The notes under the pieces were generated by a model that did no database searches, had not been told where the DNA came from, and worked only from the letters and a program-made list of their open reading frames with translations. Below, piece after piece: positions 11,711-23,197 of a DNA stretch of 64,000 bases. The first letter of the stretch is position 1, and every line of letters begins with the position of its first letter. Source of the stretch: Hydrolagus colliei (Eukaryota); the NCBI GenBank assembly GCA_035084275.1, contig CM068751.1, positions 7,564,001 to 7,628,000 of the forward strand, read 5' to 3'. The translations under genes and the position numbers were made by a program.

Positions 11711-14019
11711 CTAAAATCATAGTAGTACTGCAATAACAGTAGTTGAAACCACTCAGCCTATGTAGGTGGAGTTAACTATTCTAACCCCATTTTTTTTCGC
11801 TGTGTTGCTCTATGCTTTTGCATTGTTCCTCTAGAATTCAAAGTTCAAACTACCTTCTTTGTGAAAAACATTTCTTCCAATCTTACCTTTGAATCTTTCA
11901 GCAGCAATCCTGAGTTCATGCCAACTTGTTTCAGATTCTGCAAGTTGTCCACTGTAGTATTTCCTAATGCACAATATGATCTGACTCCATTATTAATCAA
12001 CAAACCATATTAAAAGCATGCTCATTGATAGAATATATTTGTTTTCTGTGGACAGTGGCATAGAAAAAGTCTGCTATCATTTTAATTAAAATTTAGGAGA
12101 TTATAAGTCTTTCATTTAGTCTTTAAAATGTTTATTGTTTTCGTTCATCCTCTGAAAGACCTGCTGCTTTTAGGCTCGGGGTTGTAAATGTGATATTTTA
12201 CTTATAAAGTTGGATTATGTGTTATGTTTCAGCCGGTACCCTTTTTTCTCTGCTGTATAATAGTACTATGCTACTGTGTTCATCTTCTATTTGACGATTC
12301 CCAGAAAGAGTTAACAACTCTATTCAAAATTCAGTCTGAAGCATCCAATGGTATTTGGATGTGCTTTGAAGTGCTCAAAATATGAAACAGAATGTGAATT
12401 TTCTCACGTAAGTTTGAGCCCTGGAGCTGTCTGCTGTGAATTATTACACTGATAACATTTCAGCGCTTGTATTAATTTATCAGTGATTGATTCAGTGGAT
12501 TAGTATTTTTTTACTCATAGTCGTCTGCGTTGGACAAGCCTCAGGGCAACACAAACTTAACAGTTGAAGCAGCAACACTGACTGTGGAAGATAGCAGAGC
12601 AAGGTCCTTCCTGACAGTCATACCTGTGTACGTTTAATTTACAGAATGTGAAGAAATGTGGATTATTATTGATTGGTTAAAAGAAAATGAAGAGAGATAG
12701 CAAAGCAAACTGAAATATGGGTATCTGCAGGTCCCAGGAAGAATATTTTTGGTCAATTTGGAATTAAAGCTCACGCCACTTAATTAAATCTACTATAACA
12801 ACAACCTCCCTTATCCTCGCACAGGGCAGTGTTCCAGAGCGCTCGACAGTGGTGAAACACAGTGCGGAATCTAGTTGGAACTGTGTTCATTTAAGGAGCA
12901 TCTGTAGTGCTTGTGCACCTATTAAAGGCAGTGTCAATTAGTTACAATCACAGTTGGAGAAGCCGAAATAAATCCAGTTTAACCCAAGGTTAGGACACAG
13001 GGCTGAGTGAGATGATTTTAGGTTTAGTACGTTTCAAACTCTTAGCCAAGTCAAACCATTTGATAAGCCAGAACAAGCATATACGAGTCAAACTTTTGCT
13101 ACGGAGGCACATTTTTCAGCCGGTGAGGATTTGTACTATACTGCTGAGTGAACAGCCAAAAAAACACACTGTAAAAACAAAAGATTCTTGAAACGCACAG
13201 CACGTCAATAAGCATCTGAAAGAGATGGGTTAATATTTCAGGTCTGACCCTTCCAGACAAAACTGACAAACAGCAGTTCTTCAAAGACATTCATGCCAAA
13301 GCGAGTAAAGCCCAGACCATTTGAACCAGCCAAGTATTGGATGTGCTTTGTTATCCATTTAATATTTTCCTTAATGTGCTCAAACCAATGAAATATGTAT
13401 TGGCTTCATTCTTTGATCACGTCCTGCAGATATTTTTTATTTCTTCAACCTAATAGTGAACAAGAAGATCTGAAGTCGATCAACGTTTTACTCGAGATAT
13501 GGAACAGAACATGCTGAATAATAAAATACACAGCAGCTTCCACAACCTTCCTAACTCAAAACATGACAGGCTGCTTCAGTGTCTTATTTCTCAAACTCTG
13601 TGTTTCTTTCAGCTTTTGAAATAAAGATTGGATGCAAATGTCGCAATTCATTAATGCATTCAGTGGGGAGGATTTCTGAAGCTTGTGTGATATCATAGGA
13701 GGAAGGTGTCGGTTACTTTGCCAATGTAAAACACAGGACAGGAGTTACCAGGCTGATTCAGAAGCAGGAAACAATGTATTTCTTGGCCATTGGAAAAGCA
13801 GAGAAAACAAAGCGGAAATTGTGTGAAAAAAAACATTTCAGGTTTGATGAGATGTGTTAGTTATTGACTGAGTTCCATCATGTCCTTGGCTAAAATGGAT
13901 TTCTTAAACATTACGTTATATCTGTAAAAAGTGGGCCAGATATGGAATTGAGAAATCACACGAAGCTGCCTCTTTAAAAGACATTTTGGCGAAAGCTCCT
14001 AAAAATTTCCTGTTAATCT

Positions 14020-14135
14020 GCTTTTGCCAACAAAATACAGTCACTGCACTTTTACAGTAAATTCCTGTGAGGCGCTTTGAGATGTGAAAGGCACTATTAT
14101 CAATTGTGAGGATTATTATTATTATTCATTATTAT
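14020..14135 (+). mobile_element. SINE 3' fragment
   Basis: aaaatacagtcactgcacttttacagt...gcgctttgagatgtgaaaggcact...ggattattattatt. Confidence 0.7.
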
Positions 14136-17100
14136 TGCTTTTTAAAAATAAAATCCATCTCCTTCACCTTGGGTTTATTTCGCTCCCGCGTTTGCCATTT
14201 GTCACAAATACGTGTTTCCCTAAAAAAAAATCATCGGAGTTTGAAAGAAGCCTTTATGCCAGTTACTGCCATTCTTCGTTGATAGAAATTTTCAGGTGTC
14301 TTAAGTTGAATATCCTGTTCCAAAAAGGTACAAGCTAGTAAATGGGTGGAGATCCTGAAGAAGCAATTTCCTACACCCACCAGATGGGTCTACCAGTCTC
14401 CCAAAGGTAATTACCTCCAGTATGCAAAGTTTAACCAAACAAAGAAGATTGCTCATTTGAAGAAGAATGATTACTGCATTTACACTGTTTGGAATCATGT
14501 TCCCCCTCGCCCCTCCACTAGCATATAATCGGAGATGACTCACAAACAAACGAGAATGAGAAAATACGGGGGGGAAAAAAATAATTGATGTTCTTGCTGG
14601 TCAAAATTAGCCTCTGTGGTCAAGCATTGATTTAAAATATATCCGAAGTTCCTCAAAGGCATTTTACTGAAAGTTTTTTGTTGTTAAGAATCGCTTAGTC
14701 ATTCCGCAGCCCCTGAAACAAGCAGTGGGCCTGCTTCCAATTAAATCATCATCTAAAATCAGAAAAAGGCAACAAACTTGACTGAGCTGAAACAGAATAT
14801 ATAAAAGAAGCTCGGAATCCGTTGCTGAGTTCTTCACATGGAACCTGGTGAAATCTACGTAGAAACAGCTGCTGAAGCTTATCTGAAACAGAAGTTGGTC
14901 CACTAAGTATTCGTTCGTAAATAAGGTTTGGTCCAAATATCTAACTGTAGGAATATACTTTTGGCAATGAGCAAAGTAATTTCCATGGTGCTTTATTTTT
15001 TAAAATGATATATTATATAATGGATATTTTTTTTAAATCCCTGCCATTACCAACCAGCATCCAAAAATTAAATGTGTGAAATAATTTTTAAAATGAACAT
15101 ATAAGGAAAGGGAAACAAAATCTTTAAATGCCGGCTGTTGTATTTGCATCTCACAAATTAACTAGACCCCACAATTACTCTTAACCCATCACGCATAATC
15201 ACATTCCTCATCACGTACTAAACTACATTTGCTCTAACAGCAAGAACCAGACATAGCCTTAGTATAAATCAAGTGACTCTTCCACTGAACACTGCTCTCT
15301 CCTCTCTATATGGTTTGTCGTGATTGGGCTCAGTCAAGTACCATGCTCTGTATTCACCTCCCTCCCTGGTTTTGTGACTGTCATACAGAGAGAGCAAACT
15401 ATTGTATTCTTCTATTTTTATACCAACTATGTGGTTGAGCGATTGGAGCCTGTTGTCATGGCTACCCCCCGTTTGGGGTCAAAGGGGGTCACCTTTCCAA
15501 CTTCAAGGGGCACTAACCTATTTTATATTAAAATATGAAACAGTCCCTCATTCCCGCCCCCACTCCCGTCCCCACTTTCTCTATGGGCTGCCCTATTCTG
15601 ATAAAGGTGAATTGTGTTTGTTTAAACATTTCTTTTGTTTTCCCCAGCTGGCTTTCTGAGCCAGTCTACTTCCTGCTCAGCCATTTTTCTCCCCCTCCAA
15701 TGCAAGAACTGTTGTCAGGCTCACAGAAGGGTTCCTCTATTGTGTTGCTAATGACTCATCTGCACTGCTACACATGATGGGCAATCCTCTGTGTGTTTTG
15801 AATCCATTTTAAAGTAAAGTACCTGCTTGTCAGTCACCACAACACAAAGAAAGGCCTTCAACCCATTTGATGTCACCCTTCCAGAATACCAATTCCAGTG
15901 TGTTCATGTTACCCGGTTCACCTGTTTCCTAACGTACCTCACTCCTTGAACATTGGAGATTATGCTGGTTGCACTCCTCTAGAATCAGTTCTAACAAACT
16001 CTTCGGTGATGCCATCAGTAACTGCACTATCCCTCACCATTTACACATGGTGTGGGAGGAGTACAAAACTGTTACTGTATAAAATAAAAATCGCAGACAC
16101 TGAAATTAGTCAGTGAATCCTTATCCAAAAGACATCCAATGTGTTGAAACGCAAGCACCTGATGCTGTAGGGTGGTGTGATACCCGGTTCTTACTACGCC
16201 CAGTGAAATACCTACTTGATATGACAAGAAACCAAGGGTTTTATGGGCAGTTTCAAAGCTCCGAAAATAGAAACCTCAGTGTGACTCACCTTGCTGTCAT
16301 TTCAACTATGGCTTGAGGAGAAGCATAACATGGGTGCAATAATTTTAGAAGAGGAGTGAACAATTAAATATAGTTGTGTGGGGAGTTATGGACAGCATTT
16401 ATAATTCCAATGTTTTCTTCACCACTTCAAAGTAATAAAAAAAAGTGAATAACTTGGAAGTGTAGTTAAATCGTGGAATAATGTAGTGTATTTTCAAGGT
16501 TTTCATTGTGTGGATTGCACAGGACTCTAAAACATGATTGTAAAGGAGTTTCAGTCTGAATCTAATGACGTTTGACTTACTTGGTGTCAAATTCTGGTAG
16601 TAAAGTTCAGTTCAATGGAAGTAATCAATAACAGTTTTATTTAATGATTTAAAAAAATTCACTACCATTTACAGAAAAATGTGGTTCAGCGAATGTAATC
16701 AAAAATATTACCGTGAAATGCAATTTAAAACTATAATTGCAAGGAGCCTATGTACAGTACCTTCTTGAAAATGTAGCCTTTTTACCATGAGTCTCATGTT
16801 TCATTCATTGCAATGGGCTACATTATAACTGATTTTAGCAAACGATAATAAACAAACAGATGTAAACTGATGATTCAGCTGATTCTAAAGAACGACCTTA
16901 CCATTGGAGAATGTTCACAATTATTATTTGCATTGTGACGGAACGTTAAAGACCAATTTAAGTCAAGACAGAGAGAACTTGCATTTTCATAGCATCTGAT
17001 CGCATCAGAACATCCCAATCAGCTCTTCAAATGTAATTCCTGTTAACCGTAGTGACTGTTTTTGCAGGCATAACGAGACAGCTACATATCACCAACTACC

Positions 17101-17789
17101 ATGAGGTGAATGACCAATGCATTTGGAGGTTTGTTGGCCAAGAACTCCAGTCACAGCTCATTAGTGGCATAATGCATAGAGATTTTCTTGCAAAATGGTT
17201 CATCTTGAAATTGCCTATGCAAACTGCATTGAATTACAGTGAGATTGTGCCTTTCCAGATGCATTAATGTAGTGTTCAATTTACCAGTTAGATGGATGGA
17301 TACGTGTATCAGAGTTTATTGTACCACAAGCAATCAAACATGGGAAATAGAGGACCTCTTTAGTAACTTGCTATGAAATATCAGTCGTATAATTACAGCT
17401 CCGCAACTCCACACTGCGGTTTTCTCCATAGCCTCCAACGTACACCCGTTGCTTATGTTATTCTTACTAATAAGGTTTCCCTAAATACTGACTGCAATTT
17501 TATTTTCAAACGGCTATCGAAGGAAATGTTATTGGGGCTATTTTTCACCGATTGCTAAAATTGCGATTCTCTTCCCACTGGTTTCTGTCCTAAAAAAGTC
17601 CATTATAAAAGCAGAGTGAACAGGTCGGTTAGAAACAGCAATCAGTAAATGTTCCCACTGAAACGAATTACTATTGTTCTGTAATTTCCTCTTCCAGGCT
17701 TCATCGTTTCTGAGTACGTAAATGGCACTATGCGAAACACAAGCCAAAATCCGTTGATCTATTGGTGTTGTTCAGAAAAGTGAAACAAT

Positions 17790-20245
17790 GCAATGGTTTT
17801 TCTTAACTTTATTTTTTATAAATAGTAAATATTCACTGTGTTTGTACAGGAAAGAGAATCTTTACATCAATGCTGTACTTTGCAGTCAAATGACAATCAA
17901 GAGGTTGGAATAACAGATATTGCAGAAGATGTTTAGATCCATTACCCTTTAAGTTCAGCATGTGACAGAATAGGTCACATCATCTACATCATCGTACTAA
18001 GTGGCTGTAATTATCTAAACTCGTCTCTACATGCTAAGCAAGAATGTACATATTGTGAGCTGCATGCTAAATTCTAAAATACTGCAGTTGAATATATAGG
18101 AATAAATAATATTTTCTATGAGTGTCTACGCCACAATGCAAATAATTAACTGATCAATATTATAATCATAATTAAGTTTATGGACAAAGTCATGGGAAAT
18201 GTTACAGCAAACACCGAAAGGCATTAAAAACAATCGGCTACCAAACTTTCTGTGAGATTCTGGAATCATACGTTGTGAAAATTTGTGCCGTGAGCTATTT
18301 GGATTTTCCCACTGTACAATAAGTACTTAAAACAGAAAGAGTGTAGCGGTCCTTCAACATGTTTCCTGAAGTCTGGTGCCTGCACATTCCATTCCTCTGG
18401 TCTTACCAAAATAAGACATGATCTTCAAATCTGTGTATACAAACATTTCACGTACCGTTTCTACATATCAGATTTTCAGGCTCAGGGTTTATCTACAATA
18501 TCAAGTGGAATGTTTATCTTGCACAGCACTTTATTTATTCTTAACAATGCTTAAAACACCTGCTGGTAAACATTTTATATAGTCAACCAATTAAATTACA
18601 AGAATTCACAATGATGTCAAGGAAAAAATAGAATACAGGATAATACTTCTCAAGAAATACCATGGTAGACACAGAAGTACATAATATTGCACATTGCTGT
18701 TTCATCACTAAAGCTGGAGTAAATTTGCTCTTGTTCATTTTGCACTGAATACACTGATAAATGTACCTAAATATGGCACCTTAAAATAATTGTTTACTAA
18801 GGGAATAGCCCTTCTTTTTTGTTACTGAATGAAGCATTTGTATGGGTAATTCGGAAATTCATTTGCAGACCAGAAACCCTAGGGTCATTGTTGTGGTAAC
18901 CATCCAGATAAGAGGAAAGATAATGGTTGATTTATATTACTTTAAAAAATATTATGCACTTGAAAATTGCATAATTTATATGTAGTAATTTGTGTTCTCA
19001 TATCACTACGATATCAATGTGGTTAGCCACCCTTCAAATTATCACCAGCGTTCTGCCCTCAGTATGTTTTGCAGCCAAGCCACAGTGTTACGGTTTAGTG
19101 AGAATCAATGAGCCATTGGTGATTACGGGAGCATTAGTTATGATCTCAGCAACCCGAATGACAATCCTGAATTTCTACCTAGTCTTAGCCAGTGAGACTA
19201 TTTTATCTTAACATTTTAGATGTGGCAGAATTATGGAAATTATTCAAATTCAATTTAAATTTAGGACTGGGGACAGTGGCTTCCAAATTAAGACTTATTT
19301 GAAGAATGTTCAACAATTCTTGGTCCTTTTAAGACAGAATGGACTTACAGACTAAGCGAAGAGAGATTTGGGTAAGATTTGGGGCCTGAGATTTATGCAG
19401 TAATGGCTAGAAGTACCACCGAGATTTAATTTACTCTATTAATATAGTGTTTCTGAGCAGGCAAAATTGTTGTTGATTTGAGTTTTAACTTTGAAGCCCA
19501 TTTTTTGTATTTTTAAAAATGTTAACAATAACTAGCTTGAAAATGAAAGACCGAATTTAAGAATTTGACAAATACTTTGTGCTCAGAAATGCTACAGTAA
19601 TGGAGGAAATATAGACCAAGTTGGACTTTCTACCATGCAGGTCATACAATGCAGTAGATATGATCCAATAATTTGAGTCTGCAAGCCAAGTAAAATCTAG
19701 CAAAAAATTCTGCCGGTACCTATACACCAAAGTAAACAGAACATTTTCAATTGGAATTCCTTTTTTTTGTGAAAATGATCCTTTTGAGAACTTACTTGAA
19801 TTAACATTCACTCGTACAAAGTTCCCAAATCAATTCAAGTACACCCACGAACAAACTACATGGACATGATTAATGCTGAATCCTTCAAAGCCCTTTTGTG
19901 ACCAAATAAGATTTCTTACTTATCATTTACAGCTTAGCCTCTGATTGTTTGCCACAAGTCCTTTATTGTACTTGTGAGTCACAAATTGCAAATTAATTTA
20001 TCTCCATTTTCTTTCTGAACAAGAAACACCTTTCTACGGTAACGAAAGTAACCTTGTAACCTTGTAACCAAATCTGTGAAACCGGGGAATCTTCCTTTGA
20101 TCACAAATGAAAAACCATTATCAGAGATGGGCAAGAGTTGGCTTGTTTCTGGGGAACAGATCCAACCGTTGTGGGGCATCATAGTCCCGCTATGTGTATG
20201 AGTCCAGAACATGGGGCTGTTTCAACTTGTTATGGACATTTTCAC
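17790..20245 (-). other. PAX3: Putative Pax3 3' UTR with alternative poly(A) signals
   Basis: Minus-strand AATAAA at 19962-19967, tandem at 18530-18539, and at 17808-17813. AT-rich with TGTA motifs near the distal signal. The true 3' end cannot be determined from sequence alone. Confidence 0.55.
18506..18513 (-). promoter_or_regulatory. miR-1/miR-206 8mer target site (ACATTCCA) in the Pax3 3' UTR
   Basis: Plus-strand tggaatgt reads ACATTCCA on the Pax3 sense strand. Pax3 is an established miR-1/206 target in amniotes. Confidence 0.6.
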
Positions 20246-20280
20246 TCATGCTATATCTGGCTTCAGATAATGAAAGGCAC
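20246..20280 (-). CDS. PAX3: Pax3 exon 9, coding part (PAX3d-type C-terminus)
   Basis: TTCCATTACAG|GTGCCTTTCATTATCTGAAGCCAGATATAGCATGA. In phase with exon 8; gives SAFHYLKPDIA*, the conserved vertebrate PAX3d terminus. Confidence 0.95.
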
Positions 20281-22014
20281 CTGTAATGGAAGTAAAAGAA
20301 ACTCAGGAATGCTCTTTGTGACAACATCATTGCAAGGGGCCATGTCAAATGCAGGTAGAATGTTGTCAGGGCTAATCATGAACTGCCAAAACTCCGAGGG
20401 TTACTTTATTTATATTAGGACAAGTTTGACAGTACCACACGGATCCGGGAGTATTGTCCAGGATGATGCCTGATTTGGCCTTTTTTTGGAACATGTGTTT
20501 TTAATAGTGACATTCCAGTGGCTGTTTTATTTTTTGACAGACCTTGGCCTGAGGTTCTACATAAATGGCAAGCATCTATTAAGTCTCAGCAATTAATCGC
20601 ATCAAGATGCTGCTGACAGCCCTGAAGATAATTATATATGTATATATTATATATAGTACTTTAACTCAAACCGTCGACAGATTATTTTATTAGAAAGAAG
20701 CAAAACATTTAAGTGCATGGTAATTTTCTTGTTTTACAACATATTTTGCACCCATTATCTGATTGATCTAACCCAATTTGTTTCTTTTCATGCTAGTTCG
20801 CTTTGTCATGACTAAAGAGTTTTCTTGCCAAAAATGATTTCCCCCCCTCACCCTCTATTTGTGCTAATTCCCTCCTTTGAACCAGCATTAGTAGTGTGAT
20901 TGCAAACACAGATTTGCTGAGCTTGTCAATTTTGTGGAACAAAAATAGGCCTCAAACTCGCAGGAAAGGAAATAGAGTATTTATCAACAGATGCTCAAGA
21001 ACCATTTGCAGTGTACATGTACAGCGAGGATACTATTTCCTAGGCTTTGCGAAGTATAAAATGAATGTGCAAATATATGTAATATGTAATGAATATCAAA
21101 TCATTGTGAATAGAATTGGTGTTGCTGAATTAAAATCTGATAGCTCACTCAAGTAAGAGTAAAGGTCAAATGAAAGTTAAGGATACAAAACAAATGGGCT
21201 CATCTGCCAACCAAAAACAGAAATTCGGTTACTCCCAAGTTACAAATGAATAGAAGATGATGTTGTCTAAGCTTTATTCAATCGAGTATTTCTAAAAAAA
21301 AATTAAGATTAAAAACTAGGTTGTCCTCTTAAAATAACTAAAGTAGTTAGTGTTTTTTTTAATAACTGAAAAACATGGCCCAGATAACATTAGCAATAAA
21401 AGTATCAGCTAACTGCGTCCTATTTTTTTTTTAAAAAGCAGATGATTACAGCTATGGGATAAAATATGTTCATTGTAGCTGAATATTGATTAGAGCAAAA
21501 GAAAACCTGATCTGCGCTGTATCAATCCAACAGGTGGTATTCTATCCAAAAATGATCAGTACAGGGCAAGAACATTACATTTTCAGTTATCAGCAAAGTA
21601 CAATTTGCTAAAAAGAAAAAAAAGTCAACCTTTCTGGCATTTGTCATAATACTTTTTACAGGCAATATTAATCCTGGAAGTCTCGTAAGGCAACATTCCA
21701 CACTCTCCTCCATTACGGACCATTTTTGTCAAGATACAAAATTGGCAGAATGTTATCCTTCTCTGTTCTATTAATACTTCTCTGTTCTCTCTCGCTCTCT
21801 CACTGATGTACATGGCAAAATAATAAATGAATGATATATTTCGCAAATCATTTCAAAACATTTGTACACAAAATTAACAATTGTCACACAGAATTGGACA
21901 TTCGTCCTCAAAGTTTGTACACTGTGTCACACATTTTAATACAGATTGATGAAGGATGAGGTGGGTAGGCGTTTTTATAGCTAAATGTGTTGCTTAGGTT
22001 TACATGGCACTTAC

Positions 22015-22261
22015 TTTGCCCATATTGTCCATATTGATAGCCGGTCACTGGATCCATGCTGTAACCTGATGAGCTGTAAGATGGTGGGCAGTAAGACTGA
22101 GAGGTGGGCAAGCTATCAAGGGGTTTCATCTGATCCAGCCGTTGACTACAACTGGCAGAGACGGATGTGGGTGGTTCCAAGCCTCCAGTCAGTGGTGATA
22201 GGGCATAGTCAGTCTGAGGTTGGTGTGGAACTCCGCCAGGATTTGCTAAGAGTCCCATTAC
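22015..22261 (-). CDS. PAX3: Pax3 exon 8
   Basis: ATCCCTCCAG|GTAATGGGA...GGGCAAA|GTAAGT; 247 bp. Encodes [82 protein letters not shown]. Confidence 0.96.
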
Positions 22262-22804
22262 CTGGAGGGATAAAGAAGGGCAGTGTTAACAAACATGCAC
22301 ATAACTGAAGATGGATGCCATTTTCAAAAGGGCCAATTTCAGTTCAACGCAAACAGATTCTTCAGAGCGAGGAGGACGCGGGGAATAGAACCATGTTTTT
22401 TTCTAATAGAGCCAACTCTGATTGTTTTATTGAGTTTAAAAGCCAAACTAGAAAAAACGACACGAGTATTGTCACCCAAAGATTCGTCTCTCGTTTGTAG
22501 AAACAAATACTTTGATCACAACACAATGGAAGATGGGAACAAGATAAAAGTCAGAAAACTGGTCATATTAAACATGACGCAAAGCATTATTTTCCACATA
22601 CAACTTGAAAAGTATACAATCAACTTCCAAGCTGAGTGTGAATGCCGTGAAATCGTTCACTAAACAAGTTGGCAGCTTCATTCATACAGTAAGAAAGACA
22701 TTAATTCAAATTTGTGGGCTGGCCTTTTCAATGTACCAGACGTGCCGGGTAACAGTGAACAAGGATCAAGCTGGGAACAAAGATTGATGTAGAAACAAGA
22801 CTGG

Positions 22805-23197
22805 CATCTTGTAGCTCAGTGGTTAGAGCACTCGCCTTACAACAACAAAATTACACTTGTATAGCACCTTTCACGTCAGGAGGACATCCCAAGGCCCCGG
22901 ACAGATACTGCTTCAGACATGCGTGAGACCTGTGTTCGAATCCAAGCAGATCAGGGTGAAACCTTGGGCAAGTTTCCTTACTTCACACACCTAATAATAA
23001 TCCCTCCAAAAAAAAACAATAATAAAATTGGTCATTTTAATCAACGACTGTTTGTGGGGACACTGCTGTGTGCAATTGGCTGTCGCGCTTTGCCCACAAA
23101 TATACAGTCAATTCACTTTACAGTATATTCTGTGAAGCGCTTTGAGACGTCTAGAAGATGTGAAAAGCTCTACATCAAATGCAAGGATTATTATTAT
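22805..23197 (+). mobile_element. Full-length SINE interrupted by an antisense (TTG)-tailed insertion (about 22840-22920)
   Basis: The tRNA-like head GTAGCTCAGTGGTTAGAGCACTCGCCTTACA is broken by about 80 bp, then resumes at GCGTGAGACCTGTGTTCGAATCC. Confidence 0.85.
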
